Shown here: positions 1-23,649 of the stretch, piece by piece
How the letters are laid out: every line of letters starts with the position of its first letter
Numbering within the stretch: the first letter of the stretch is position 1
Assembly (NCBI GenBank): GCA_030141605.1
Contig: JAQGDQ010000989.1
Coordinates: 8,575 to 72,574, forward strand
From: Tubiluchus corallicola
Taxonomy: Eukaryota; Animalia; Priapulida
Length of the DNA stretch: 64,000 bases
Reading direction: 5' to 3'
Program-made: the position numbers and the translations under genes
The notes under the pieces: model-generated
The model's database searches: none
The model's input: only the letters and a program-made list of their open reading frames with translations
Told to the model about the DNA's origin: nothing

Positions 1-2114
1 CGATTTTTTATGTTAGACTTTTCCCGGAAGACGACTGTTTTTGAATTGTACAAAACTTTATTTTTCCAGAGTATAAATTGCATTTTTGAGTTAGGCAAAG
101 TAAATTGCATGTATTTTGATTAAATGGCCCATAATTTCTTATTTGAATTGCACGTGATTTTGAATTAAGCAATGTTTTTTTGGGGAAAAACAAAAGATTT
201 CATCCGTTCTTTGAAATTCTTTGAGTTAGGCGATTTTGAATAATGCGCAGTTTACTGTATAAATTAAAATTAATAATAATTTAATGTCAAATGATTAAAT
301 GATATTAAATTTCATTAACTTTAGCTCAGTAGTGTTGTTGATGTGCTTTTAGATAAATGTTCTAGTCTTTGTTGTCATGCACTACATAACATGTTCCAGA
401 ATACAGATAATAAGCCTCTGTTACCATTTTGAAAATTGCACAATTGGGAGTTTGAACGTTGTCGCTTTTAAATTTTGCTTCAGGCTGATGTAATGTACCA
501 GAGCCAATCAAGTTAACTAACAACGTTTAATTCGATTTTGTGATTTTCGTGTCACGTTTTGACTTTCAAGTTACATATTCTGTGGTCTTCACGTTTTAAA
601 ATTATTCACAAGTACAAAGAGAAAATCACAGCATAAATATTGTAATATTCCATTGTTTCAGTTTACTAAGCTTTAGAAAACTGGATGCTTGGTTAAAATA
701 ACTTTATACTGTGCGAGTGTAAAATTTACTATTGTTACTCGTCAGCATTGTTCACCATTAATGGCATTTTAAACTTCATTTAGTACTTTAATAAGTAACA
801 GGATTTTAAAGCACTAATAATTTTACCATTAGGTGTTAAATTATAGTGTGAACCTATCATGATCATATAACATATATGTAGTGTATAACCTACCATATTG
901 TTACATTATTGCTAGATTTATTGAAACAGAACTCTTATAAACTACGTTGATAGTAGTCTTGTTATTGATATAGTGATGTATTATGATATACATGTATGTG
1001 GTGTTTATGATATTCTAGTAAATCATCTAAAGGCTAATAATGCTGTCATGTCCATGGTCTATTTTATTATTCTAGTATATGTTCATGTTTAGCTGCTTCT
1101 CATTGTAGTTTATGATTGCAAAAAAATTAGGGTAGCAAAAAATTTTTATTCGTTTGTTTTAATTATAACATTGCCTCTTATTTATGATATAAAAAGTTTA
1201 TCCGAATCAGTTACATTTTTTCTTACTTTTTTGTAATTGTTTGTTTGGTTATTTGATGGCGTCAGTTCTAATTCTTGACAGAATGATAATTATAATATTT
1301 ACTCATTGACAGTCATTGCATGTATGACATGTTGTGAGCATAATGTTGAACCGCGAAAGCAAATAAGTCAAATTAATAAGTAAGCAGTTTGTTTTTTAAC
1401 CAAAAAGTTACAGAATCTACAATTCTTAATTTACAACAGAACTTAATTTTTGGAGGAAAATTAATTTTGATTGGTGAGCATCCGTAATGATCATCTAGTC
1501 AAAGACAACCATGCAGACATACTGACCTGTTGCAACACTGTGTAATGTGTCAAAAACAATTGTCAACCCAAGGTTGTTACAAACTATTCGAAATTAAACT
1601 GCATGTTTTGCTGATTAACATGACAATAGTCTACACAGAAGGTCACATTCACGGTAAACCATAATGGTTACAAAGCTGTGAAACATTATAAATTTATCAG
1701 CGACACGTTAAATGGTAAATAAAACCAGTTGAATAGAACGCAGTGGATTGTCAAGAATCGTAAATTTCGTTGATGTAGTGACTAGTGAGTGTAGAGTAAG
1801 CTACAGTGGAGTGTGCTTTGTGAGTCGGAAATGTGTTTGAATGCTTTTGTAATGTTAAAAGTGATTAGTATTAGTTTACTGATATTTTCTTGTATATTTA
1901 TCGCTATATTTGCCACACAATGTTTTTCCCAATTAGCTGTATTTAGGCTACAAGATTTTTTGCTCTAGGTCTAGTTAATTCTTAGCTAATGCCGTAGTTA
2001 ATTGTTTGATGATGTCTGTCTGACTATTTTATCTACTCTTCAGGTTTGGATGCCTTATTGAAGATTGGTCAACTGTTCAGATAGCATTCAGCTTTCCATG
2101 GCATAATTATATAT

Positions 2115-13487
<11,373 letters not shown>

Positions 13488-14311
13488 CAGTTTTATCGCC
13501 CTAGTTTCTGTGTGAACCCCCTCCCGGGGTGCAGGAAGCACAGTGCCTTATAACAAATATTTTTCTAATGTTTGTTATGCATTAAGTAATTCAATATAGG
13601 CCTTTTGTATCGTGGATGATGAACTATGATTATGGATAATATAAATAGCAAAATCTGAGATAATTAATTTATATTTTAGAATAGAGCAAAAGCTCTTTAT
13701 ACCACCTGCTCTAGCACTGTAAAAAAGATTTAAATTTATTCCTCACAAAAGTTTGCATCATAGGGAGTTTGTCATTATAACGAGATGCATTAATATGTAC
13801 TTGTGTATGCAAATATAGACATTTTGTTTTGTTAAAATATTTGTGTTAGAATAAAATTTTGCTATGGCAGGCTCCCAGTTTCGATTTCTGTTCGACTATA
13901 GTGTAAGATACTTCTTTCACATCCCATTCATCCATTTGAATGATTTTGATTAAAATTGCATTAAATTTTGGCCATTTACTCAATACGATACATGGATACT
14001 GTGTATTCTGTCTATTCTATTAACAAAAATTAGTATTCTTCCACCTCTCCAAGGTAGGAGGATTCTATACTCTTATATACATGATTGTAACTTTATAAAA
14101 CATACATTTTAGACTAGCACTTTATTTATTGCAAATTTAAATAATCTTACATTTGTATAAACTTTATGCCACTGGGTTAAAAATAAATTAAATTGGAAGT
14201 AAAATTCTATGTTTTTTGCTTTGATGTTTTTTTGATAAAGGAAATGTTCGCACGTTCGTTATTTGTACAAGCATGTTGTTGGCATGACGATGACATACTA
14301 TGTCAAATGGC

Positions 14312-14935
14312 TACCTAGCGTATTTGTATGTGACGCGCTTTGAACAAGTACGGTTCTTCAGAATACCTAGCGTATTTGTATGTGACACGCTTTGAGCAAG
14401 TACGGTTCTTCAGGATGCCTAGTGTATTTGTATGTGACACGCTTTGAACAAGTACGGTTCTTCAGAATACCTAGCGTATTTGTATGTGACACGCTTTGAA
14501 CAAGTACGGTTCTTCAGAATACCTAGCGTGTTTGCATGTGACACGCTTTGAACAAGTACGGTTCTTCAGAATACCTAGCGTATTTGCATGTGACACGCTT
14601 TGAACAAGTACGGTTCTTCAGAATACCTAGCGTATTTGCATGTGACACGCTTTGAACAAGTACGGGTCTTCAGAATACCTAGTGTATTTGTATGTGACAC
14701 GCTTTGAACAAGTACGGGTCTTCAGAATACCTAGCGTATTTGTATGTGACACGCTTTGAGCAAGTACAGTTCTTCAGGATGCTTAGTGTATTTGTATGTG
14801 ACACGCTTTGAACAAGTACGGTTCTTCAGAATACCTAGCGTATTTGTATGTGACACGCTTTGAACAAGTACGGTTCTTCAGGATACCTAGCATATTTGTA
14901 CATGACAAGCTTTGAACAAGTACGGTTCTTCAGAA
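14312..14935. repeat. 52-bp minisatellite, 12 copies
   Basis: Unit TACCTAGCGTATTTGTATGTGACACGCTTTGAACAAGTACGGTTCTTCAGAA repeated with few substitutions. Confidence 0.95.
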
Positions 14936-15491
14936 GAAATTAAACAAACATGCTGGTGTCAATGTTTAATGTTTTTGACCTTGTATATAAAACTTTGTTG
15001 GCAAAATATTGAGCTCTGGCCAAATTGCTGTATTTATATTCTATGTGTGTTTTATAATTTAGCAAGTCCTGGTGGATAATTCCAATGGCTGCCAGAAAAG
15101 TAGAAATAAAATCCAAGTTTAAGAGTAAAACATGTACATCTTGTTATAAAAATGATAGTATTTAATACTACTGGATGAATGCAGAATCTTGAAATGCAAT
15201 GCAAGCACAGTTATGAAGGGGTGCCCTGAAAATTTTCCTAGATTTACGTATGCTGTACACGGAAACAGAATAATCGCTTCAACGTCTTTAGGCAACAGAA
15301 TTATTAATATTTTGCCAATAATATACATATACAATAATTGTCCCAAAACATATGCTTGCAGTATGTTCTGATTAAAAGCATTTACAGGACTACGAAATCA
15401 GGCCGTTCAGAAGCAGTGCGATGTTACATCCATTCAGAAAAAGCATGAATAATTTAATAATTTTGTAGCAATGATCTAAAGAAAACCATTT

Positions 15492-18400
15492 TCATCCAAC
15501 GACGACTTTATCATCGCTTAAAAATTCATAAACTGGAACCTCGAGGTTTAGCGGGGCCGGACCCTTGCGTATTCGACCGCTCGAGTCGTAATGAGATCCG
15601 TGGCACGGACAGTAGTACCCGCCGAAATCGCCAGCATTTGCTATCGGCACGCAGCCCAGGTGAGTGCATACGCCGATAACAATAAGCCATTCTGGTTGAT
15701 GAATGCGATCGTTGTCGTGTTGCGGGTCTCGCAAAGTGCCAAGGTCAACTGCCTGTTCGGTTGCAATCTCCTCTGCAGTTCGATGCCTATAAATAAAGTA
15801 AGTGTAATAAGTTGTTAAATTCCACATTTCAAAACCGATGGTAAGGTCAGTTTCCGGCCTTAATATGTAGGTGGCAGTACCCATGTTAATTTACCAGTAA
15901 AGTTGTAAAGTAGGTCAAGCCTCAGTAAATGTTTGGATGATTTTTTAAGTAATTATTTATAGTGTCTCATCTGATTTGCTAACATATGACGTTATAGCCG
16001 CATGATGCGAGTAATACTAATTTTGTTTAGGCTTAAAATTGTAATACAGTCAACCTCGAATATAAGGGACACCTCGGGACCGGAATGTTGTGCATATTCA
16101 GTAAAACACCTAAAATTATTAAATTTTTAACTTTCACTGCTGAAAATTATGCTAAAATGTTTAAAAAGTGTAAAATCAGCAATGTTTTATGCGATGCAGA
16201 ACTTACGGGTCAAAGCCATATTGGCGTATAGTGCATTTGCTACACCGTCAAGAAAACAATGTCAAACAAACAGGCTTAGGCTCCTGAAGCTTTGCTATAG
16301 CTGCTACGTACTAGTAGGAAATACAGAATGATACACAGTAATATGTGTATGTACGTCAAATAAGCGTATGATAATACAAATAACGGACGTAATATGACAT
16401 CACGGAGGCAGTTAAAGGGTTAATAATCTGCTCTGGCAGTAACGGTGCATGTCTTACTTGATAAAAAGTGGTTTCCCTCTCCATTTCACTGTCAAGTTCT
16501 TCCCCTCCGGAATCTCTGCCAACTTTATCTCTATCCTGGCCAAGGCCAACACATCAGCTGAAGCGCTCATCGTGCTCACCAGTTTTGTAACCAAATTTTT
16601 GCCTCCATAAGCGCTTGCGGTTACGCCACCTACAAGTAGCAGCACAACTGAATCAACTCAAATAAGCAAAACCCTTTTTTCCTAGGAATGGCAATCAAAT
16701 TAAGAAAAGTCCCGGAAAATTGGTTTAACCTTCAGAACAAATTCAACTCATGATGATAACTTTTCTTGTCACGTCTAGCGCTGAGTGTCAGTTAAATGTT
16801 TTAGAGCTAAAAAGGCTACCACACTTATGTCTTACTGACTGCAGAGGAATTTACATATAATACAAAAAATTCCCTATACGTACGTAACACCAAGCCACTT
16901 TGTTTAACAATAAAATTAAACTAACAATGAATGAGCGTTTTCACAGTTCCAGCAATTGATGACGATCAAAGGTCAAAGGTTAAGTTTACCAGACAATGCA
17001 TTTGTGTATGCTTGACAATGCCTCATTCTGTTGTCATAGCAATTAAGAAAAGGGACGAATACTAGGTATAGAACCCTAACTATCTCATTTTTCTTGTTCG
17101 CAACCAAGTCCCGCTCAGACAAATGCATGTGAAAGTTATTTGTGAAGTTGAAATTGAACACTTGTAGTAGAAACAACTAAACACCAGATTACATTTTTGC
17201 ACAAAACTAAAACACTTTTATTGAACTACATAGTTATATGTAACATGACTGCTACACTGAGGAACAGAGTGTCCTGCAGTGATCACGAATAAGTAGACAG
17301 TGGCTAGAAGTGGAATCTAGCCAGTTTATATATGTAAAGAACTATGCAAAAACATGGCTTCACATATCCCATTACAGTAAAATAGGGGAGATACAGAGAG
17401 TTTGAATATTCACTGGACTGAACAATTGTATTAAGGGGTGAATTGAACTAGTAAATGTTAAAGTGACTAATCAATAGATGGCAGCACCTAAAATATACAG
17501 TTACAACTTACAACTTTCACAATGCATAATTAAGTAAACTGCACGAAAACAACTGAAGTTACTGAAGTGGGCTCTGCTTTACCCACATGTCACGTGACGG
17601 TTGTAGTTAAGATGCGTTTGCGTGGTACACTTAACCTTTGACCTACAGCAACTGCGAGTGAGCATGTTAAAGGCTTGTTAAAGTTGAAACAAAACAAGTA
17701 AATAAAGAACAATCTCAAACAATGACAATGCATTAACCCTTTCACTACGGAAGGCGACACACTGCCACCTATATTTTTCTAGTAAGGGACGGAAGGCGAC
17801 CCAAGCTCAGCACTAAGTGCAGTCACCCAGGTCAGTTTATTTCACTGCTACAGCCATGCAAGAACATTGTAGAAAAGTTTAACAGTCGTGGGATCGGGCT
17901 TGCTTTGCAACAAGTAACGCTAACCAGCCAATTAGCATCTGAAGCCAGGTACATTCCATAATACTGTACTGTATAGTATATTCCCATGCATAATTGCTTG
18001 TTGGTAGCTGGTGAAACGTGTTTAGTCACTTGTTCTGCATTCTTATAAAATAATTGCATATTATGGAATAGTAATATGACTTTTGTGAAAATTGACTTCT
18101 AGATATAAGTATGTGCTTATTTGTGTGGGTGTGCATGTGTGTGCATGCATGAGTGAATGTGTGTGTGTGTGTGCACAGAAGTATAAACAATCTAATATTA
18201 AATATTAGCATTTAATAACAAATAGCTATTTGTTTATTTACAAGATTCTGTTTTAGTAACACACCACAAGAAGTTATTGTCAAATGTGCAAACACTAATG
18301 CGGCCCAGTTAAAAAGCAACTACGTAGTGAAAGGGTTAAATTAAAATTCAACAGAAACCCTGCACCAAAAATAAGTCATCATTTTTCAGAAAAAACTTGT

Positions 18401-19882
18401 ACAAAGACGGACTCATATTTCTACCTGCAGCAATCAGATAGGTAAAGGCTCTCCGTGACAAATCTGTCTCTGATGCCGGTTGTGTGGGATCTTTAGTTGA
18501 ATCACGTCTGTACTCTGCAAAGTCTGGTACTTTGGCCACGTCTGAATGCGCATAACGAACTTGAACACAACCTTGAAGTATCACAGAAATTGATCAAATA
18601 AGTATTGGCAATTATCAGAGCACGGGTTAAATTGGAGCACAAGAATTTACATGTTTTCAGGTTTACGTTTTTTGAACTTCTGCCATACTTTCTGACTTTC
18701 ATTATGCCTAAAAACATATGCTACGCCTGTAAATAAAATAACAGCAAGGGAAAAACAGCAGAAAGTCTAGAAATATAACTTCTTACTGCTAAATATTATA
18801 CTTGTTAAATAGCCGCTTAGTTGTAATGCTGTCTGTTAAATGAGCGATGGTCAAAAGATATTATTTTTGTCTTTGACTGAGAAAGTCATGTAATCTCAAA
18901 AATTGTTCTGAAAAAGCAAAATTCCTAGCAATGACTCTATATTCAAATTGTTCGTTTTGCTCCAAAGTCAAAACTTGATTCTACATTTGCAATATTTTAA
19001 AAACTCATCTAAAATGTCCACTATTAACATCTTTCTCCAAGGAAGATAAACCTGCTTGCTAACTGCCGTTTGCTGATTGACAATTTGCATTCAATTAGCA
19101 ATTTTACCGGACATGTTTAAATTAATAAAAAACCAACCCGGGAAAAAAAACACGCCTGGGATAAACCAGACCCATGGTAAGCACAGTAATTCAGCGCCAC
19201 CTACAACAGCAGTTGCGCAAGCTATTACACTACAATCATATCTCGGTTTGCGGGACAGAAGCCGGGAGATGTTACTGATGCTAAGCTAATACTATAGGCG
19301 CTATGTTTTAGACTCACGGTAATGTAGAATCAATCACCTAATTGTCTCAAAAACGTCTAATACGGGTCACTCCTATGCAACAGTATATAAAAACTGTTGG
19401 CAATTGACTGAAATTACTCCGCATAATTGACTCTATATTTTCATACAGACAGACATATACACGTGGTTACACTGAAAAAGTGTATCAGTAACAAAATGAC
19501 AGCCCGCTAAGTGTCCTAACCTTTTCGATTTATTGGACCTATACATGCTATTGTTTTGCACATTTACTGTATAGTTTCTAATATATAGTACACTACCACC
19601 ACTATTAAGTATTTACAGTTTATGTTTACCAACATTTACTGGTTTTGCTGAAAAGTAAGACTTACCAGACATCAACGAAGAAGCTTTTGGTACGCCCACT
19701 GGCAATTTTGAAGCTAAAGTGTAACTAGTTTTAACAACAGCCGGCTCTACAATTACAGTTTTAGGATTTTCGACAAAATTCACGGCAACGCCAATGCATT
19801 TTGCTGGGTTTCCAACTGCATTGGTAGTAGCGCTCAAATATCCAGCTAATCCAGAACCAGCAGCACGAGATAATCCGAACAT
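15492..19882 (-). CDS. UQCRFS1: Cytochrome b-c1 complex Rieske iron-sulfur subunit, mitochondrial; 4 exons
   Basis: Exons 19882-19666, 18571-18425, 16629-16458, 15786-15492 with GT-AG and matching phases. Transit peptide, [16 protein letters not shown], 2Fe-2S boxes CTHLGC and [16 protein letters not shown]. Confidence 0.97.
17737..18335. mobile_element. piggyBac-type MITE in UQCRFS1 intron 2
   Basis: 13-bp TIR CCCTTTCACTACG / CGTAGTGAAAGGG flanked by TTAA on both sides (17733-17736, 18336-18339). Confidence 0.8.
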
Positions 19883-20599
19883 TTTTACAAAATTAAATCT
19901 ACATTTGGGTAATTCTTGAATTCAGAAATTGCTAGAAAATTTCGTTAAATTTCGTTTTACATTAACAGGCGTCCTTCAAGTCTAAAACTGTGTGTCGAAA
20001 GTCCGCAGTATCGCATATCTTTTTCTTGCTTTTTCACAACCAGTAAGAATGTTCGTTTCAACTGCACTTTCTTAATAACCCGCAACGTCACGTGTTTAAA
20101 GTCTATGACCACTAGCATTAACCACAAATTAAATACGAAAATAAATCAAAATCAAATAAAACAAGCACGCTTAGTTAATTAAGCACGCTAATAATCATCA
20201 TTAAAAAACAAATATCATGTCTCTCACCATATACAGACTCCAACACTAGCAACTTATATATATATATATATATATTATATTATTTATATGAATTAACAAA
20301 GAAGAGGGAATGGGGTGAAGTCATACAAAAGTGTCAACTTAGATGGATTGGACACCTCATCAGGTTATCACAGGATTCTCCAATTACTACAGCATTACAG
20401 AAAGCACTAATACCAGGGTAGAAATGAAATAAGAGAACAGCTGATAAATGATCACATATTTAGATGTTTTAAAGAAAGACGTATTAAATACTGCACTTGA
20501 CTTAAATGAACCGAATACTTGGCATGTGGCAGCAGATCAGGGAACGTGGCATCAAATTATGAGTGGTGCTGTGTTACATAACGGAAGCACCGAAGGTGA

Positions 20600-22329
20600 T
20601 GACGATGATGGTTGGTAACTGTAATGAGCCAAGTTTACCATTTTATTAACCTAGGCAAGAGATAATGGCTTATATGTTTGGATATTGACTATTAGGGGTG
20701 AACGTTGGAGTTCGAATCTTTGAACCGAATTCGATTTGAATGTAAAACTACAGATTCAAATAATTCAGCACATCAACAACACGTGCATTCTTTATCATTA
20801 AAAATGTTTGAAGCAGCATGCAATTAAAGCAATTTAGAACAAATTATTAGTAGTTTTACTCCAGAACAGAGAATGACACCACCCTAGTCCCTAAACAAGT
20901 TTCATGAGCCAAGTGAAATCCCTAATAAGAGTTGGTATTAACCCCAAAGATGATCGAATAACAATGCCGAAACGTCCTGCCAAACAATTTAATGTTGTCG
21001 CACTGTCAAGTGAAGGCCACTTAGTGTTTTATAGAATATGCAAATAAATGAGTAAATGCGTAATTTGAGTAAATGCGGCTCGAAAATGAGTAATTTGCTA
21101 CTGTATAAATTATGATAGTTCAAAAATAAGTCAAGGCTGCATGCTGACAGAGTCCTGTTAGACAGTTCCTTATTCTCATGGTTTGACTTGATTCGATTAT
21201 AAGTATTACAATTATGTGGTTTTGCATAAAACCTTTATAATTTTCCTTTTTAATAAACTGCAAATTAGATACAAATAGCCGGTTGCCAGAACAAATAATT
21301 AATCTGGCTATCGTGTTCCATGGGCGAAAGACCAATTTCTAATTTCTAGGCATGTTTAGCACCATTTTCCCCATAATAGTGAGTGCTTTGTCTATCTCTA
21401 ATACTTACCATTATAATTGCACGTCGTTGTATAATGGTTAATGTTTTATTTACTTATGATGTTTATAATCCAGATAATTTATGCTCTATGAAGAAAAGTA
21501 AACTAAAGTAACACTGAAAGTGCCTAGTTTAATCTAGTTACTGTAGTAAACTGAAGGAGGAACTTTTAATGCCAAAAATTGTGGTAGAGGCCAGCACGAA
21601 GTTGCCAACTGCCATAACGCCCAGTCAGGACTGGGTTTTTTGCTAAACAGGTGCCTAGGGCGCCAAATTCTGGAAATGATTCCTTAACTTTAGTATAAGT
21701 AATAACACAGTTATTGATGCGTTATCGAGTTCTCGTCCATGGTTATATTGTATGCATATCGTTTACCTAATAATGGCAGATAAACCTGTAAAAATCAAAG
21801 TCTCGAGGAGTGCGCAATACATGAAACGAAAAGTAAAAAAGCTCGCGGACATTGAACAGCAGCAAAATTTTAACTGAAGTATTTGCAACCAGACCAGAGT
21901 TACATGATTGTGAAGGTGATTATACTAGTCAAAGGGATGCCTGTGTTTAGAGGAGTTAGAGGAGATATGTGTTTAGAGGAGACACAAAAGTGGGTGTTCT
22001 GATGAATAAGCTAAAGGAAAGTCTAGCCGCAGGTTTGTACAATAAACGAAGACTGCGTGGGAGAAAATATAGAAATGTTAGTTGCCAGTAAAGACACAGG
22101 ACATACATGCAGTGAGGCTAATTTCAAATGTAACTGTAGAAAGGTAATTACCTTCAGTTAGTTAGGACACTGTATAGGCCTAAAACACAAATACCAATAT
22201 ACTTGTCTCTGGGGCGTCAAACTATCTAGAGCCCTGCGCCTAGTCGACATTATAGAACATTTACTAAGCAATGCAAAATCAGAATTTTTCTTGTGGCCCT
22301 GAAGAGGGCCGGTTGGTTGTTATTTGAAA
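20600..22329 (+). repeat. Segmental duplicate of 45780-46915 (H4 3' flank), with extra insertions
   Basis: Colinear matches, e.g. GACGATGATGGTTGGTA.CTGTAATGAGCCAAG, GGAACTTTTAATGCCAAAA.TTGTGGTAGAGGCCAGCACG and GCAATGCAAAATCAGAATT. Confidence 0.9.
22273..22329 (-). promoter_or_regulatory. Orphan histone H4 3' stem-loop and partial downstream element, with no histone CDS
   Basis: GGCCCTGAAGAGGGCCGGTTGGTTGTTATTTGAAA is identical to the H4 3' end at 46881-46915, including the CTTC loop. The spacer to the downstream element is shortened. Confidence 0.85.
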
Positions 22330-23099
22330 CATTAATAACTAAATTTAAAATATATTCACGAAGTACAATGTAAGTAAAGAAATCACGAAATACACAAATA
22401 TTGAAAAATTAATTTTGGTAAATAAAACATTTAAAGGTACTACACAAGATAGTATTTATGCGAAACTAAGTTTTGTAACACAGTTGCAATATATTTTAGT
22501 TACATGAATGTGCTGTCATCAAAATAAATGAGTTATTATGTCACTGTTAGTATGGATACCATTTAAAAAAATATTCAAAAATAGTTATTCATAGGAAATC
22601 TGAACAACAAGGTTGTGATAAGTTATGTTAGCTATATGGTGGGCCTGTTGCTCACCACTGGGCCTAAAACCAGTGTCCGGGGTCACACTAGAATGAAATG
22701 TCATTACACTAATAGTTTTTTAACTTTATTCAACAATCGACTACATTTTATTCAAGTTCCTGTGTTTCCACTGTACACTTTTCCAAGTTACAACTTCCTT
22801 AGAATTACTTCCGGTCGTGACGTATTTCTGAAAAACTCCTTCATCATCTGGCTAAACTGCATTACTATGCCATGGTCGAATACTTCCTTTTCTGGATGAC
22901 TGGGATAAGAACACGCCCGTTTGCGTATTTTCTCTAGAGGAAGTTAAAAAATGTTTGGACTTGCCGGCCATATTCTCGAGTAACGTATTTCTGTTGCTTC
23001 TAATGGACAGGACGACCACAACACAAACGTTTATACAAAATTTTAGTGTTTAGTAAAGACTTTGTGTTTATCCATGTCTACTGTTGTTTACTTCCTAAG

Positions 23100-23465
23100 A
23101 TGAAATTCTGTTTCTTCTACCGGTTGGCTCTAACTGTTCTTGTGCTGTGCATTTTGTTGCGAAACCCAACATGCAGTGCTAACAACGGCGATGACGACGA
23201 CAACGATGATGATGAAGCCACTAGTTCTATTGATACTACTCCTGAAGCTAGTCGGGAGCCTGCCGTGGACGTTGTACTCGGCCCAGTAATCGTCGGGAAC
23301 TAATCCATCACGTCTGACGCAAATCAAACAACGGTAACGGCGTCTACTGCTGTCGGGCACATCTTCGCCTGCACACTACAATAACAAGCACCAACACGCC
23401 AACGAACGTTACGACAGCTACACATGCGATGATTATCCACAACATTCCACTCGTTAAGCCGCCTG
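23100..23465 (+). pseudogene. Duplicated first exon of the SUEL-lectin/CUB gene (signal peptide + acidic/Thr-rich stalk)
   Basis: MKFCFFYRLALTVLVLCILLRNPTCSA... nearly identical to 55448 onward. GAA->TAA stop at 23301. Upstream 22620-23100 matches 54930-55447. Confidence 0.85.
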
Positions 23466-23649
23466 GTTGTTCTAGCAAAATAACACAAACTTATAAAGAG
23501 CAATTACCTAGAAAACCTTACTAATGAACCTTTTAATTCCAGATTTTAATTAAGCTGTGTTTTAATACAATTTAACAAGCACATTGTTGCAGAAATTAAT
23601 TAAGAAGCATTTATAGCGATCTATAGAATCAACACGGAATTAATTAATA

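Noticed and set aside
1500-1830. Possible bidirectional promoter or non-coding first exons upstream of ABHD13
   Set aside because: Only isolated donor-like motifs; not supportable without transcript data.
14312-14935. Tandem arrays (also 32917-34516 and 60025-60880) as CRISPR arrays
   Set aside because: Units are contiguous with no unique spacers, there are no cas genes, and the context is eukaryotic.
20940-20985. Hammerhead/Penelope-like GATGA..CGAAAC motif (similar hints at ~23890 and ~56360-56400)
   Set aside because: The CUGANGA core and stems are incomplete; too degenerate to call.
22270-22300. U7 snRNA gene
   Set aside because: It is only the reverse complement of the duplicated H4 downstream element; no U7 Sm site follows.
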